DNA of 64,000 nt. Origin: Carcharhinus longimanus (taxonomy: Eukaryota). The stretch is from positions 131,801,900 through 131,865,899 of the forward strand of contig JASCQW010000132.1 in NCBI GenBank assembly GCA_030264375.1. Direction: 5' to 3'. Both the position numbers and the translations under genes were made by a program. How positions within the stretch are numbered: position 1 is the stretch's first letter; the number at the start of each line of letters is the position of its first letter. Shown piece by piece: positions 1-12,936 of this stretch. The notes below the pieces were generated by a model, which saw only the letters and a list, made by a program, of their open reading frames with translations, was not told the DNA's origin and made no database searches.

Positions 1-149
1 ACGACTCCCCCACGCCGGTAACGACGGCGGCGGCTCCCACCGAGGTGGGGGCGCCGGTAACGGCCCCTGCAGCGGCCAAGAAAGTGAAGAAGGACAAGGA
101 GCGGCTGGCCAAGAGCGAGTGTCAGGATCCCCAGCAGGAGCGAGTCAGG
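1..149 (+). CDS. CDV3: CDV3 first coding exon, 3' part (start lies upstream of window)
   Basis: GC/CpG-rich open frame from pos 3 (DSPTPVTTAAAPTEVGAPVTAPAAAKKVKKDKERLAKSECQDPQQERVR) ending at AGG|GTAAGA donor, phase 0, in frame with the exon at 10039. Confidence 0.8.
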
Positions 150-1789
150 GTAAGAGGATGAGGGGAGGGGGAGGGGGAGGGGGTGGTGTGTGTAGGCCGC
201 ACTGACCCGCACCAAGGGCACGGGGGAAGGGGAAGGGAGGCTCATCAGGAGTGAATGGGAGCCCGGCTTGGAGTTTGGGAGGGGAGTCCTCTCCTCCAGA
301 GATGGGGACTGGGGGGGCTAGGATGCCAGCCCAGGGATAGGGAGGGGCTGGTCTAGGTGAAGGGTGCGGTGGGTGTTGCTTCCCTGGCCTTTTGAATAGT
401 AGGCTGGGGAGCAATTAACCCCTTGGTTCAGGGTTGAAGTTCTTGCTTTAAGGTTTGATTCCCTGCTCTAGGGTGTGGAGATTTATTAGTGGGGCCTTAA
501 ACTGGGGTGGCATGAGTAAATCAGAAATCGGGGGACCTACTCTTAATTTTCATCCCAGGGAACCAATCCTTTGTCCCAAATTTTTCATTACTGTAACTGT
601 AAATCAGAAATCAGGGAACCTAGAGTTTTAGTGATGAAAAGTTTGGGGTGGAGGATTGGTTCCCTGGGATGGGTTGGTCCAGGTGTGGGAATTGCTTCCC
701 AGACGTTTTGTATAGCAGGGTGGGGAGTAATTAATCCCTTGGTTTAGGGAAGGGTGATTTGGTGGGTGGGTGGTGGTGGGGGGGGGGGGGTGAAAATTAG
801 AGTAGATTACCTGGTTTCTGAGCAGGAGATTTGGAGTTCCGATGATGAAATATTGGGGTGGGGGGGATGGAGATTGGTCCCATGTGCTGGGTTGATCCAG
901 GGGAAGAGTGGGGTGGGCGTGCTTCCCTAGCTCTGTGGAAAGTACGGTGGAGAGCAATCCTTTGTCTTAGGGAGTGAAGATTTGTGACACATTCCTTGTT
1001 GTAATTGCTAGAATTGCTGTTCTGCTGACAGGGGTAATAGAACTGATCCAGAGTAGAATTAGGAGATCCCTGATTTAAGACATAGGGAGTGATTTGAAAG
1101 ACTTCCGGTGTTGATGGGTATTGGGCGAGGACCCCTGATTTGTGAGGGTGGGGAAAAATTAAGGAAGGAGCCCCTTAGAGCAAAATGGATTGGGAATGGG
1201 GTTGCTTTTCTCTGATAGGGTTGGGGGGAAAGGCCTCTTGGTCTGGTAGTTTGGTTGGGTCAGCAGAGCAAGAGCCACCAGTCCTGAAAAGATGGGTGGG
1301 GTCACATGGCACTTAATGTAAAGGTTAAGAAGGAAAGAGGGAGATGCCCTGGGCTGAGGGTGTAGAAGTGGAAAGTTCACTTGGGATGATTACGCAGACT
1401 ACTCTTGGTCTACGTGGGTCGATGGGGGAACAGGCGAGACCTTGGCTGATGGGTTGAAGATGTGGGTCTTGCACCTACGTTTTTGTTCTAATTCTGGTCT
1501 CCTGGACATCTCCATGTTTATTCTCTCATCTTTAGCAGCCACGCTTTAACTGTCTTAGCCTAGAAATGATCTCTCTCTGGTCACCTGTCCTATCTTGGTA
1601 ACTTGCTGTCAATTTGAGCTGATGAAGCTTTTGTCAGCTTGGATCTTTGATCATGTTAAAAGTCTGATATAAATGTTAGAGTACAATTTGTTGCATTGAG
1701 CCACTGAGCTGCACTGTTAGGCCTATGATCTTGTTTATTTAGGTAAATTTTCCCTCCTCATTCTCACTTTTCTTTTTATTTTGAGTTGA

Positions 1790-2330
1790 TTTATTATTCT
1801 CATGTATTAACATATAGTGAAAAGCACTATACAGACAAAGCATACCGTTCATAGATAAGGAAATGAGAATGCAGAATGTAGTGTTACAGTCATAGCTGGA
1901 GTGTAGAGAAAGATCAACTTAATGTAAGTTAAGTCCATTCAAAAGTCTGACAGCAGCAGGGAAGAAGCTATTCTTAAGTTGGTTGGTACGTGACCTCAGA
2001 CTTTTGTATCTTTTTCCTGAAGGAAGAAGGTGCAAGAGAGAATGTTTGGGGCGCGTGGGGTTCTTAATTATACTGGTTGCTTTGCTGAGACAGCGGGAAG
2101 TGTAGGCAGAGTCGATGGATTGGGCTACGTTCCCAACTTTTTGTAGTTTTTTTGCGGTCTTGGGCAGAGCAGGAGCCATACCAAGCTGTGATACAACCAG
2201 AAAGAATGCGTTCTATGGTGCATTTGCAAAAGTTGGTGAGAGTCATAGCTGACATGCCAAATTTCCTTAGTCTTAGGAAGTAGAAGTGTTCTTAACTATA
2301 GTGTCAACATGGGGGAACTAGGACAGGTAG
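1790..2330 (-). mobile_element. Rex1/Babar-like LINE 3' fragment
   Basis: LTNFCKCTIERILSGCITAWYGSCSAQDRKK and LLPSGKRYKSLRSRTNQLKNSFFPAAVRLLN; short tail copy also at ~3195-3310. Confidence 0.75.
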
Positions 2331-2419
2331 TTGGAGTGTTTTTGGTAAAGAAAATTAGTTAGAATAAATGATGAATAGAAGGTGCAGAAACAAAGGAGGA
2401 TGTAGCACTGTGCACTGGG

Positions 2420-3450
2420 ATTGATTTCTATAGATGTGCTGATCAATGGCAAATGGAATTCAATCCTAATAAGTGAGGTGATGCACTTGGGTAGATCAAA
2501 CAAGGCATGGGAATGCATGATGAATAATGGGACCCTGAGAAGCACCTGCATGTACACTGGTCCCTTAAGCAAACAGGACGGGTGGATAAAATGATTAAGA
2601 CACGTGGTTTACTTGTGTTTATTAACCGAGGCATAGAGTTTAAGAACAGAGGTGTCATGCTGGAACTATATAAAACATTAGTTAGGCCACCGCTTTTATA
2701 TTTATTCTTTCATGGGACTTGGTTGTCGCTGGCTGGCCAGTATTAATTGCCCATTCTTAGTTGCCTTAGGTGGTGGTGAGCCGCTGTACATGTGCTGTGG
2801 GTTAACCCACAATGCCATTGAGGAAGGAATTGCAGAGTTTTGATCCAACTTAGTATTGTGTACAGTTCTGGAATCCACATTATAGAAAGGATGTGATAGC
2901 ACAGGAAAGGGTGCAGGGAGATTTACCCAGATGTTGCCTGGGCTGAAGAGTTAGTTATGAAGAGAGATTGGATAGGCTGGGGTTGGTTACCTTAGAACAG
3001 AGGGGTTGATCAAGGACATGATGGAGATGTATAAAATTAAGGGTCATAGTAGACAGAGAAACTTCCCCCTTGCTGGAGGTAGGGCACAGGAGGTTTCGAA
3101 GAGATGAGGAAAATCTTTTTCACGCAGTGTGTTGGGAATCTCGAACACTCTGCCTGAAAGGCTGGCAGAGGCAGAAACCATCATAATATTTAAGTATTTT
3201 ATTTGTTGTTGTCACACATTAGTATACAGTGAAAAGTATTGCTTCTTATGCACTATACAAACAAAGCATAGTGTACATAGAGAATGGAGAGAGTGCAGGA
3301 TGTGGTGTTATTTAGATGTGCACTTGCAATGTCAAGGCATATGGGGCTGTGGACCAAAATGAAATTTGAATAATTGGGTGGCTTGTCTTTGACAGGTGCA
3401 GACATGATTGGCCAAAGGACCTCTTTTTGTGATATATGTCTTCATGCTGT
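2420..3450 (+). mobile_element. CR1 (HER1-like) LINE 3' fragment with nested insertions
   Basis: gtacagttctggaatccacattatagaaaggatgtg (VQFW.PHY.KDV) and typical CR1 3' end; interrupted at ~2700-2850 and ~3195-3310. Confidence 0.75.
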
Positions 3451-3454
3451 ATGA

Positions 3455-4350
3455 TCACACCCCTGACTTGTGCCTTTTAGACAATGGACAGGCTTTGGGG
3501 AGCCAAAAAATGAATTACTTGCTGTTAGATTCTGAGCCTTTGACCTGCTCTTGAAGGCATGGTATTTATATGGCTAGCCCAGTTCGGTTTCTGGTCAGTG
3601 GTAACTCCAGAATGACAGTGGGAGATTCAGCAATGGCAGTTCCATCATAGAATCCCGACAGTACAGAAGGAGGCCATCGAGCCTGCACCAACAATATTCC
3701 CAGCCAGGCCTATTCCTGTAACCCCACATGTTTACCCTATTAATCCCCTAACGACACTAGGGTCAATCTAGTATGGCCAGTCAACCTAACCTGCACATCT
3801 TTGGACTATGNNNNNNNNNNNNNNNNNNNNNNNNNNNNNNNNNNNNNNNNNNNNNNNNNNNNNNNNNNNNNNNNNNNNNNNNNNNNNNNNNNNNNNNNNN
3901 NNNNNNNNNNAATCTAGTATGGCCAGTCAACCTAACCTGCACATCTTTGGACTATGGGAGTAAACAAATCCACCGAGAGGAAATCCACGCAGACAGAAGG
4001 GGAATGTGCAAACTCCACATAGACTTTTTGAATGTCAGGGGATGATCGTTTGATTTTTCTTGTTGGAGATGGCCAAGCCTGGATATTGCTTCAGTATCTG
4101 AGGAGTCACACGTGGTGCAGAACGTTGTGCTGTCATCGACCAATGTCCCCACTTCTGACCTTACGATGAAAAGAAGGTAATTGATGAAGCAGCTGAAAAT
4201 GTCTAGGACACTACCCTGCAGAACCCTTGTACTTATTCTTCCGACTGAGATGATTAACCTCAAAACCATGATGTTCTTCCTTTGCGTCTGGTGCGACTCT
4301 AATCTGAAAAGGGTTTTCCCCCTCCCCGACTTCCATAGGTTCCAGTTTTG
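3455..4350 (-). mobile_element. LINE RT fragment split by a V-SINE (3646-4024)
   Basis: VLQGSVLDIFSCFINYL..VRSEVGTLVDD = degenerate PQGSVLGP..FADD. Confidence 0.75.
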
Positions 4351-4569
4351 CTAAGGTGTAACTTAAAACAGAGGCTTGCATTTATCCTGTGCCTAGTATC
4401 ACAATGGACATGACATAGGAAAAACAAAAGAAACAGAAAATATTGCAGATGTTCTGCTGGCCAGGCGGTGTAGTGTTAGAGTTTGTTGGAATGATGGATT
4501 GCGACTGAGTTGAGCAATTTTTTTATTCAGTGTTCTAGATCTTTTAAATTCTGCACCCCAGGTGGGGTA

Positions 4570-4860
4570 CGGGGGTGGTGCAGTAATTAGCACTGTTGCC
4601 TCATAGAGCCAGGGACCTGGATTTTATTCTCGGCTTGGGTCACTGAATGTGCAGAGTCTGCATGTTCTTCCTGTGTCTGCGTGGGTTTCCTCCAGGTGTT
4701 CCCACAGATGAAAAGATGTGCTGGTTAGGTGCATTGGCCAAGCCAAATTCTCCCTCAGTGTACCTGAACAGGTGCCGGAGTGTGGCGACTGGGGGATTTT
4801 CACAGGAACTTCATTGCAGTGTTAATGTAAGCCTACTTGTGACACTAATTAAATAAACCT
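4570..4860 (+). mobile_element. tRNA-derived V-SINE, 'gtgacactaataaataaac' tail type; copies at 23322-23585(-), 35315-35612(-), 39324-39615(+)
   Basis: tRNA-like head, gtgtctgcgtgggtttcctcc core, distinct tail. Confidence 0.8.
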
Positions 4861-5189
4861 CACTCCTCTGTTTTTTGTACAAGACATCTCTGATTAATAA
4901 ACTTTTAAACCAGAGGTTTCTGAGGGATTCTTGAGATAATTAGATTTCGCAATTGAGAGGTAAAGTGGAATTGAGGTCTGACATCAGCCATGATCTCTCA
5001 GAATGGTGAGACAGCTTTGAGGGACCATATGGCTACTCCTATTTGTAAGTTCTGGCCATTATTGGAAAAGGCTGTGACAGAGCACGTACAGAGACGAGTA
5101 GAGGTGGATGAAGAGCGAAACGGAGGATCTGGGGTAGGGTGGAAGGTAGGAGTGATTAACTAATAAAAGCAAATGGTACCAGAAAAGAA

Positions 5190-5960
5190 CCAGAAGATGA
5201 GAAAAGAGAAAATTCTAGCGATACTCGGCTAGCCTGGCAGCATCTGTGGGGAGAGAAATGGTTAATGTTTCAGTTCACTGTTTCTTCCAAATGGAAGATG
5301 AGTCTTGAGAAACTGAAATGACAACAGCAGCTGCCGTTTGCTAAAATGGAAGCAGTTGTTATCTGAAATTGTTGAATAGAATGTTCTAGTCTGGAAGGAT
5401 GAGGTGCTGGTGCTTCTTGAGCTTATGTTAAGCTTATTAGAAAACGATAGGAGATTAATGGCAGAGATTAAAAGCAGAGATCAGAGTGAGTGGAGATTCA
5501 AAATGTGTGAACAAGAGGTTTTTTTGCAATTATATCTGATCCCTCCATTGTTGAGTAGACCACATTGTGAACCCTGATTTTAATATACTAAATTCAAACA
5601 AGTGTAAGTTGTCATCTGGATCGTATTTGGAACAGTAAGAAGGGAGGGGGAAGAGGGTTCTCGGCTCTTGTACAGGAACAGTATGGATTTGGCAGGGATG
5701 ATTATAGAATGGGCCAAGGTGTGCTGGAAGGAATTACCCTTTCACAATGCTCGGTATGTTTGGGGGAGTCGTTGAAATGTGGAGGCTGTTGGGGTAATTA
5801 ATGGATGAAGACAGATCTGGATTGTCCTTGAGGGTAGGGACAGGAGCAAGAATAGGGAAGTGAGACTGACACACAGTTGAGGGCCCTGCCTCACTGTGGA
5901 ATCCATTGTTGAGGAAAATGAAGACAGCAGAAACACAATGGAAGATGTCATCCAAACGTG
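5190..5960 (-). mobile_element. Old Penelope-like fragment
   Basis: Degenerate FLNNGFHS (cf. FLNRGFP) and a 3' end related to the repeats at 27300/55545. Confidence 0.5.
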
Positions 5961-6809
5961 CAACTGAGAAACTGCAGGAACGGATAGACTCCTTGCAAAG
6001 AAATCATGTTGATGTAGCATAGTGTGATAGTGGTATGTAAGTAAAATGGCAGCCACCTTACACAAACAACTGCAATGTGATAACTGAGTAGTTAATCTTG
6101 CGCTTATAAGGTGACATGAACAGGAATGGGATGGACCACAGACTGAGAGAATTTGCAGCCAATGGTGGTGAACAAATTTGCCCATGTGGACAGGAGGAAC
6201 CAAATCTTCAGCCAAGGTTAACTCAACACGTGGGATGAGTTGACAATCACAGTCAACAGTTTTCTATAGTTATCACTGCTGTGTATATCCTGCTAACCTG
6301 GGGTCCTTCATTTAGAGATTTTAAAAATGATTGGACACACTTGATGCAGCAAAATCCACGTGTTCTGGCAGTGGCATCGGTAGCATACTCTCCAGTAATC
6401 TGTTCACTAGTATTCTGCATTGAGCCCTATCAGAACTGTTGACTTTAGACCTTCGTGTTCCCTTCGTCCAGACTTGAATGTGATACTGAATGTCTGTGGA
6501 GAGATGACAAACTACCCTCGTACAGATAACACTTGATTGTATACCCAAGATGCTTTAGCAAAGCTACGGTCAATAGGAGCAGCATTGATGGCTGGTGTTT
6601 AGTAATCACGCCAGTGCTGCCTTCAGTGAAGGTATATCCTTCAATATGGAGACTGAAACTGACAGTATTGCAAATGTGGTCCCACAAAAGGCCTGTGCGA
6701 TTGGAGCTAGACTACTTTGTTCTTGTATTCAAATGCCATTGCAATAAATTACTTGCTGTGCCTGCATGATAACTTTGTGTTCCTTGAATGCATACACCTA
6801 CATAGATTC

Positions 6810-7430
6810 CTTCATAGATAATAGAAACAGGTAAAGGGCATTCAGTCCTTCAAGCCTGTTCTGGTATTCGTTATGATCATGACTGATCATCAGATTTAAT
6901 TCCCCGATTCCACCCTTTAGTACCAAGAGCTATTCTAATTCTTCCTTGAAATCTGAATGTTTTGATCTCAACTACTTTCTGTGGTAGTAAATTCCACAGA
7001 TCCCCACTCTGTGGCTGAAAAAAATTATCTTCACCTCTCCTAAAAGGTTTACCTCTTATCCTCGACTATGACCTTTAGTTCTGGATTCCCCCCACCATTG
7101 GGAACATTCTTTCTGAATATACCCTGTTCAATCTTGTTAGGATTTTTAAAGTTTCTATGGGATCTTCTCTCTCACTCTTCTAAACTCCAGTGAATGTAAT
7201 CTTAACTGACTTAATCTCTCCTTATCCCAGGAATGAGTCTGGTAATCCTTTGTTGCACTCCCTCTATAGCAAGTGCATCCTTCCTCAGATCAGGACACCA
7301 AAACTGCATGTGCAATATTCCAAGTGTAGCCTCACCAATGCCCCTGTACAATTGCTGTAAAACATCCCTATTCCTCTACTCAAATCCCCTTGCTATGCAG
7401 ACCAACATACTACTTGCTGCCTTAGCTCTG
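6810..7430 (-). mobile_element. CR1-like LINE 3' fragment
   Basis: Reverse complement of CR1 ORF2 end and tail (aaattccacaga, accaaaactgca). Confidence 0.7.
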
Positions 7431-7764
7431 GAATGTACAAAATGCTGTACATGGTGTAGATGTGAAAATGATTGGAAGTATTTCTGAGCATTCTGTTGAG
7501 AATGGGGACCATCAACCTTAATGTTACTGATCTCTCTCCTCTCCACCGCACCCCCGCCCCACCACCACCACCAAGTATTGTAGCATTTTCTGTTTTTATT
7601 AGCTCTTGAAAATAGTTAACACAAATTTCCATTTTCTTCGTCATCATGTTGTTAATTGTACGTAGCTGATGGGCATTCGCTACACGTTCACCTGAACCTC
7701 AAATAGAAGGCATTTGGTTTAGGAGGTATTGGCTTGTATTGTGTAATGGTAAATATAAATTTAA

Positions 7765-8092
7765 CATTTTTATTCATTCGTGGGACATTGTTGCTGGTTG
7801 GCATTTATTGCCCATCTCTAGTTGCCCTTGAGAAGGTGGTGGTGAGCTGCTGCCTTGAATCGCTGCAGTCCACATGCTGTGGGTTGGTGCATAATGCTGT
7901 TAGGGAGGAATTCCAGGATTTTGACCCAGTGACTGTGAAGGAACAGTGATATAATTCCAAATCAGGATGGTGAGTGGTTTGGAGGGGAACTTGTATATGG
8001 TGGTGTTCCCATGTATCTGCTGCCCTTGTCCTTCTAGATAGAAGTGGTCATGGATTTTGGAAGGTGTTCTCTAAGGATCTTTGGTGAATTGC
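7765..8092 (-). mobile_element. LINE 3' end sharing its tail with the second SINE family
   Basis: ttttattcattcgtgggac..gcatttattgcccatctctagttgcccttgagaaggtggtggtgag; related ends at ~2700, 50930, 63505. Confidence 0.7.
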
Positions 8093-9238
8093 CTTGGGTT
8101 ATATCATTCACAGATCATCATGGGTAGAATAAACAGCACATACTTTACCCAAAGTCACTCAAGTGTCATCATAGAATCATACTGCACAGGAGGAGATCAT
8201 TGTATCCAGTTAGTTTCACACTTCCCCATTCCTCTGAGTTTTTCCAATGTTTGTATGTATGAATCTGGGTGCATTCCAGATGATGCCAACTTGCTGATGG
8301 CAACAACTAGTTATGTTTATTAAAATGAATTCTCATCACCCCTCTGATTCTTTCAGTCACTATTTTAAATCTGTACTTCCCAGTTAAGTTTCTCCCTACT
8401 TATCAAACCCTTAATTTTCAGCAACTCTAAATCCAGTCACACTCATTTCCATACTAGAGAATATTCCTAACTTGTCTAGTCTCTCCATGTAACTCATCCC
8501 TCAATCCAAGTATCACTCTAGTATATCTCTGCACTTGCTCCAAAGTTTTGATGCACATTGTGAAGGATAATGTCTGGTGATTTATTAAGGTTAAACATAA
8601 CAGAATGTCTCTTTGTAAAACCTAGAATCCACAAGGTTTTCAGCAGCCCCATCAACTTGTCTACCATCTTCAAAAAATTGTGTATGCAAACCACCAGGTC
8701 TGTCTGCTGCACTCCTGTTTAAAATTTTATCCTTTCATACTGCTTTTGTATTTTTCATACTACAATGCATCACTTCACACATTGTGCGTTAAACTTAATT
8801 TGCCATCTATTTGCCAATTTCACCTTTGTGACCTGTTGGTATCTTCACTGCCTTTTCACTGTTCACTGCATGCGTGTTTTGAGTCATCTGCTAACTTTGA
8901 AATTATGCTCTTTATACCCAAGTCCAGGTCATTAAAACATGCATCAAAGAGATTCGTGGACCCATAGGTGCTTAGATCCAAGGGTAGGCGTGAATCTACA
9001 CTTTGAACCAAGCTTAGTCTGTCTGAGTAATAGAAACACATTAGTTAGCCTTCTGGGATTTAGGGTTCCAGGAGAATGAGCTTTGGTAGGTTTTATGACT
9101 TTTACTTTGCTGAATGTTATGTTTTCACACTTCAAAGCACAAGACAAAACAGGAGAGCATAGCCTTTATAACTCAAAAACATTTCTTTTGGCTTTCTTTT
9201 AGTTGTCTACACTGCTGGTTTTATTTTAATAAGCATCG

Positions 9239-9922
9239 GCCCAGATTTTACACTTGGCATCCAAATGATGGCGTATGCCACTCACCTCAAAGCTGCACGC
9301 ACGGATCTAGCAGTCTCTCTGGCATGGATTTCATCTTTCTCGACTATTTTAATTCTGATCCCAGCTATAGTGAATCGCTGCCAACCATTAAACAGGCTAA
9401 GGAGCCAGTTCTAAGGAAGACTTCTCATAGCCAACAAATGAGGAAGTAGTAATCAGATTTTAATCATTTGCCTTTTATAATGTTTCAGAAAGTGAAATAA
9501 AGATCAATGCAATTATGTGGTAAAATTGGAGATATCATAAATACATTTTGGTATTCAGTGGAATTTTTTAGCATGGAATGGAGAAATTTGACATTCCACG
9601 AATATAAAATTAGTTCTTCAGGGCCCAAGAGTGTTTAGTAGTAATTATGACTTGTATGCTGTAAACCTCATTCAACACGTAATTTTTCAAAGTTTTCTAC
9701 AGCAAAACCAATGACAGTGAAAGTCCAAATCAAATCAGCGATTTCTGCTTAAATTCCCGCTGCAACAATGTCAACAGCTGACTGCGGATGAGTGGGGAAA
9801 TCACTGGCTTCTGGTATTCTATATTTAATAGCTAGCATATGTGTGAATATCAGAAGTTGCTGCCATTACACACAATAATGGGGAACACTGGTTTTGCCAT
9901 CATCCAACTGTAAAATCTGGGC
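9239..9922. mobile_element. Non-autonomous TIR element (MITE-like)
   Basis: Perfect 14-bp TIR GCCCAGATTTTACA / TGTAAAATCTGGGC, extending with one mismatch. Confidence 0.55.
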
Positions 9923-10038
9923 TACTTTTATTTTTGGGGAGGCTTTTATATGTGTGTGCTTTATATGAAGGCTAGCCTATCAAAGTATTCAATTGCGTAA
10001 ACCTATCTTGAGCTTACTAATCTTGTATGTATTTATAG

Positions 10039-10115
10039 GAGGATGAAGAATGGAAGGAATTTGAGCAAAAGGAAGTTGATTACAGTGGCTTGAGAATCCA
10101 TGCCTTACAAATCAG
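10039..10115 (+). CDS. CDV3: CDV3 exon 2
   Basis: tttatag|...cag|gtgag; EDEEWKEFEQKEVDYSGLRIHALQIS matches the CDV3 motif DEDEWKELEQKEVDYSGLRVQAMQIS. Confidence 0.96.
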
Positions 10116-10276
10116 GTGAGCATAAGAATAGTTGAAGGAGTGCTTTTCACAAGGTATGAACCATGACTGCATAAAGTATAGCCAAAAATGATACTGTAAT
10201 TCGGATCAGAAACCCATGTTTTATGAAGTCCATCTGGATCATAAGTTTTGCACTTTGAATTTGGCTAGGGTAAGAC

Positions 10277-11043
10277 TGCTATGTCTCACTTTAATTTTGA
10301 TTCAAATCACCCACAAGGGAGCTTTTATCAAATGAAGTTTATTTAAGAATACAGTTAACATGTATAGAAGGAAATTAACAATAACTTTTACCAATTACAA
10401 ACAAAAAACACAATCATATTGTATAAAACTTAACGGCTCAAATCCGCTCCAACGAAACAAATCCCATTAACAAAAGCATTTGCCACAGGTTTAACACAGC
10501 AAAGACCAATGCTCAGATGATACTGGAACTGTCCTTTGGTTGGAGAATTGAAAGCCTGACTTCAGTCAGTAACTTCTAGTAGTCCTCCGGATACACCCAG
10601 AACAATTTGAAGTTAGAACAGCTTCCCAGAACACTAGGGAGAGAGATTCCAGGCAAGCCAACTGCCAACAACAGATTTTCCACTCCAGGAAGGCAAGAAG
10701 CCTTGCTTTTAGCTAACCAGCAGAATTTCCAAAACCAGGGAAGAGAGGAAAACACTGCTTTCAGTCTGATGTCCATCCCCTTCTAAAATTGAACATGGAT
10801 CCTTAGATTTTTTTTCCTGGGGAGGAACCACCTGACTTTGATTTGTCAATCAATCATCCCCCTCACAATGCAAGTTCATAAAAGATCCCAGAGTGAAAAT
10901 AAACAAAACCCCATTTAAGCCATTGAAGTAGCAATAAATGGACTTTGAGCAGCTGGCTGGTGGTATAATGGGGGGAAAAAAAACAAACTGATAGCTGCAG
11001 AGAATTATTTTTTAAAAATTCTTAAAGGTACATTAATGTCACA
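10277..11043 (-). mobile_element. Possible solo LTR
   Basis: TG...CA ends and AATAAA on - near the 3' end; no TSD found. Confidence 0.35.
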
Positions 11044-11732
11044 GTGGTTTCAGGGTTTTTTGATTACTAAGAAATATTGTATTATGTAAATTTTGATTCT
11101 TGAAGGGTAGTGTCAACTTGTGTTGAGTTCATTTTATATTGTAACCAAATCATAGAATAATGTACACTGAGGTATTGTTCGGCTTCATTGTGTCTGGAGT
11201 TTACTAGTTAATCCTATTTTTCTCTCTCTCCCTCCTCCCCCCCCCAATAACCCCTTTTCTAAACTTGAGTCTGGGGTACTTTGTCTAACCCCTTTTGAAA
11301 GTTCAGGTGCACTGCATCAAATGCACTGGACTCAACAGCTCCTGCCTGCCATTTACATAATTGTCCATGTTAGTCAAACACAATTTGCCTTGAATGAGTC
11401 TGTGCTGCTGCTTTTAATTTATTGGCTCTACTTCTCTGAATGCCACTTGATTTTTTCTCAGACCATTGTTCCTAAGACTTTCCCCACCATCAGCATTAGG
11501 CTGACTGCCCTCTCGTTTGTAGGCGTGACATTTATTCTGCTAACATGACACGCTATTTGTGTGAGACAAGTGTCAGCCGAAGACAGGAAATAATCTCTGT
11601 CTGGGGCCTGTCCCTGTTGTTGCCGGATGACATTACATGTGCCGCTAGACACATTAACCCACTATCGAGCTGCCTGCAGCTTCTGAACAGAATATTGAGT
11701 TTGTGTAATGCTAGCTGTTATTGACCTGACAG

Positions 11733-11985
11733 TGATGAGAGAGAGGAGGAAGATGATGANNNNNNNNNNNNNNNNNNNNNNNNNNNNNNNNNNNNNNNNN
11801 NNNNNNNNNNNNNNNNNNNNNNNNNNNNNNNNNNNNNNNNNNNNNNNNNNNNNNNNNNNAGGAGGAAGATGATGAGAAGAAAGACGACCAAGGTGAAGAT
11901 GGTGAGAATATCTTGTATAGAGAAGGCGACAAGACAGTTGGTCCCTGGAACAAGATAACGCCAGCACCAGCTCCTGTCGTTGTGG
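11733..11985 (+). CDS. CDV3: CDV3 exon 3 (interrupted by a probably false 100-N gap)
   Basis: gacag|...gtg g|gtaag; DEREEEDDEKKDDQGEDGENILYREGDKTVGPWNKITPAPAPVVV with conserved GPWNK; collapsed length 137 nt fits the flanking phases. Confidence 0.92.
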
Positions 11986-12581
11986 GTAAGTGTCAAGATT
12001 GCTTTGGGCAGAGAGAAAACAGATTCAGAAATGCAGAGATTTGCAAAGAACCCCACAATTATTGCAGAATAATATAGTATTAAATACTTTATGGCAGCAA
12101 TTAAGAATTATCTGAAAAGGTACTGTGACATTTGGCGTGCTATGTTAAAATTAGATCAATTTTAAAAAGGCAGTCATTACCCCTGCATGTTTTTGAATGT
12201 TGCATTTTTATACCACAACACTAGAGGGAGAACTTGCAGTTAGCGTCAAGCCTTTAACGTGAGAAGCAGCTCTGCTTTTGTCACTGAATTATCCATTCTT
12301 TTGCAAGCTGATGTCTGAACTTTCTCCTTAACAACAACTACACAGGGAGCAATCATTTTAACGTTTAATGGCAAACCAATGAGTTTGGATGAGATCTAGT
12401 CTTGGAAACCATGACTCTAGGCTCTGTGGAATTCAATGATTAAAATAAAGTATTTTTAATCACCTAATGTGCGATTTGAAACTGAGCCTAGGATTAATAG
12501 TCCCAAAACCTATCAACTGAGCTAGCTGGCCTGTGTTGGAACTCCCTGCACAAGCCTTTCCAACATGTTCCAATATTTTGT

Positions 12582-12936
12582 TTTTATTCATTCATGGGAC
12601 ATGGATATCACCAGCTGGGCTAGCATTAATTGCCCATCCCTAGTTGCCCTTGCAGGCAGTTAATAGTCAACCACATTGCTGTGGCTCTGGAGTCACATGT
12701 TGGCCAGACCAGGTAAGGACGACAGATTTCCTTCCCTAAAGGACGTTGGTGAACCAGATTGGTTTTTCCGACAATCAGCAATGCTTTCATGTTCATCAGT
12801 AGGTTCTTAATTCCAATTAGCTTTAATGAATTCAAATTCCACCATCTTCCGTGGCGGGATTCGAACCCAGGTTCCCAGAACATAAACTGAGTTTCTGGAT
12901 TAATAGCCTAGTAACATCATCAGGTCATCGCCTCCC
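12582..12936 (-). mobile_element. Second tRNA-derived SINE family; copies 13550-13906(-), 25855-26238(-), 47288-47646(+), partial 42330 and 50190
   Basis: B box (ggattcgaaccc on +), shared body, tail atgaatgaataaaa shared with LINE ends. Confidence 0.8.

Noticed and set aside
145-1380. Proline-rich - strand ORFs
   Set aside because: By-products of + strand G-richness.
6080-6720. Possible Harbinger Myb-like/transposase relic (VDRRNQIF..WDELTITVNS)
   Set aside because: Similarity is too short and degenerate to support without a search.
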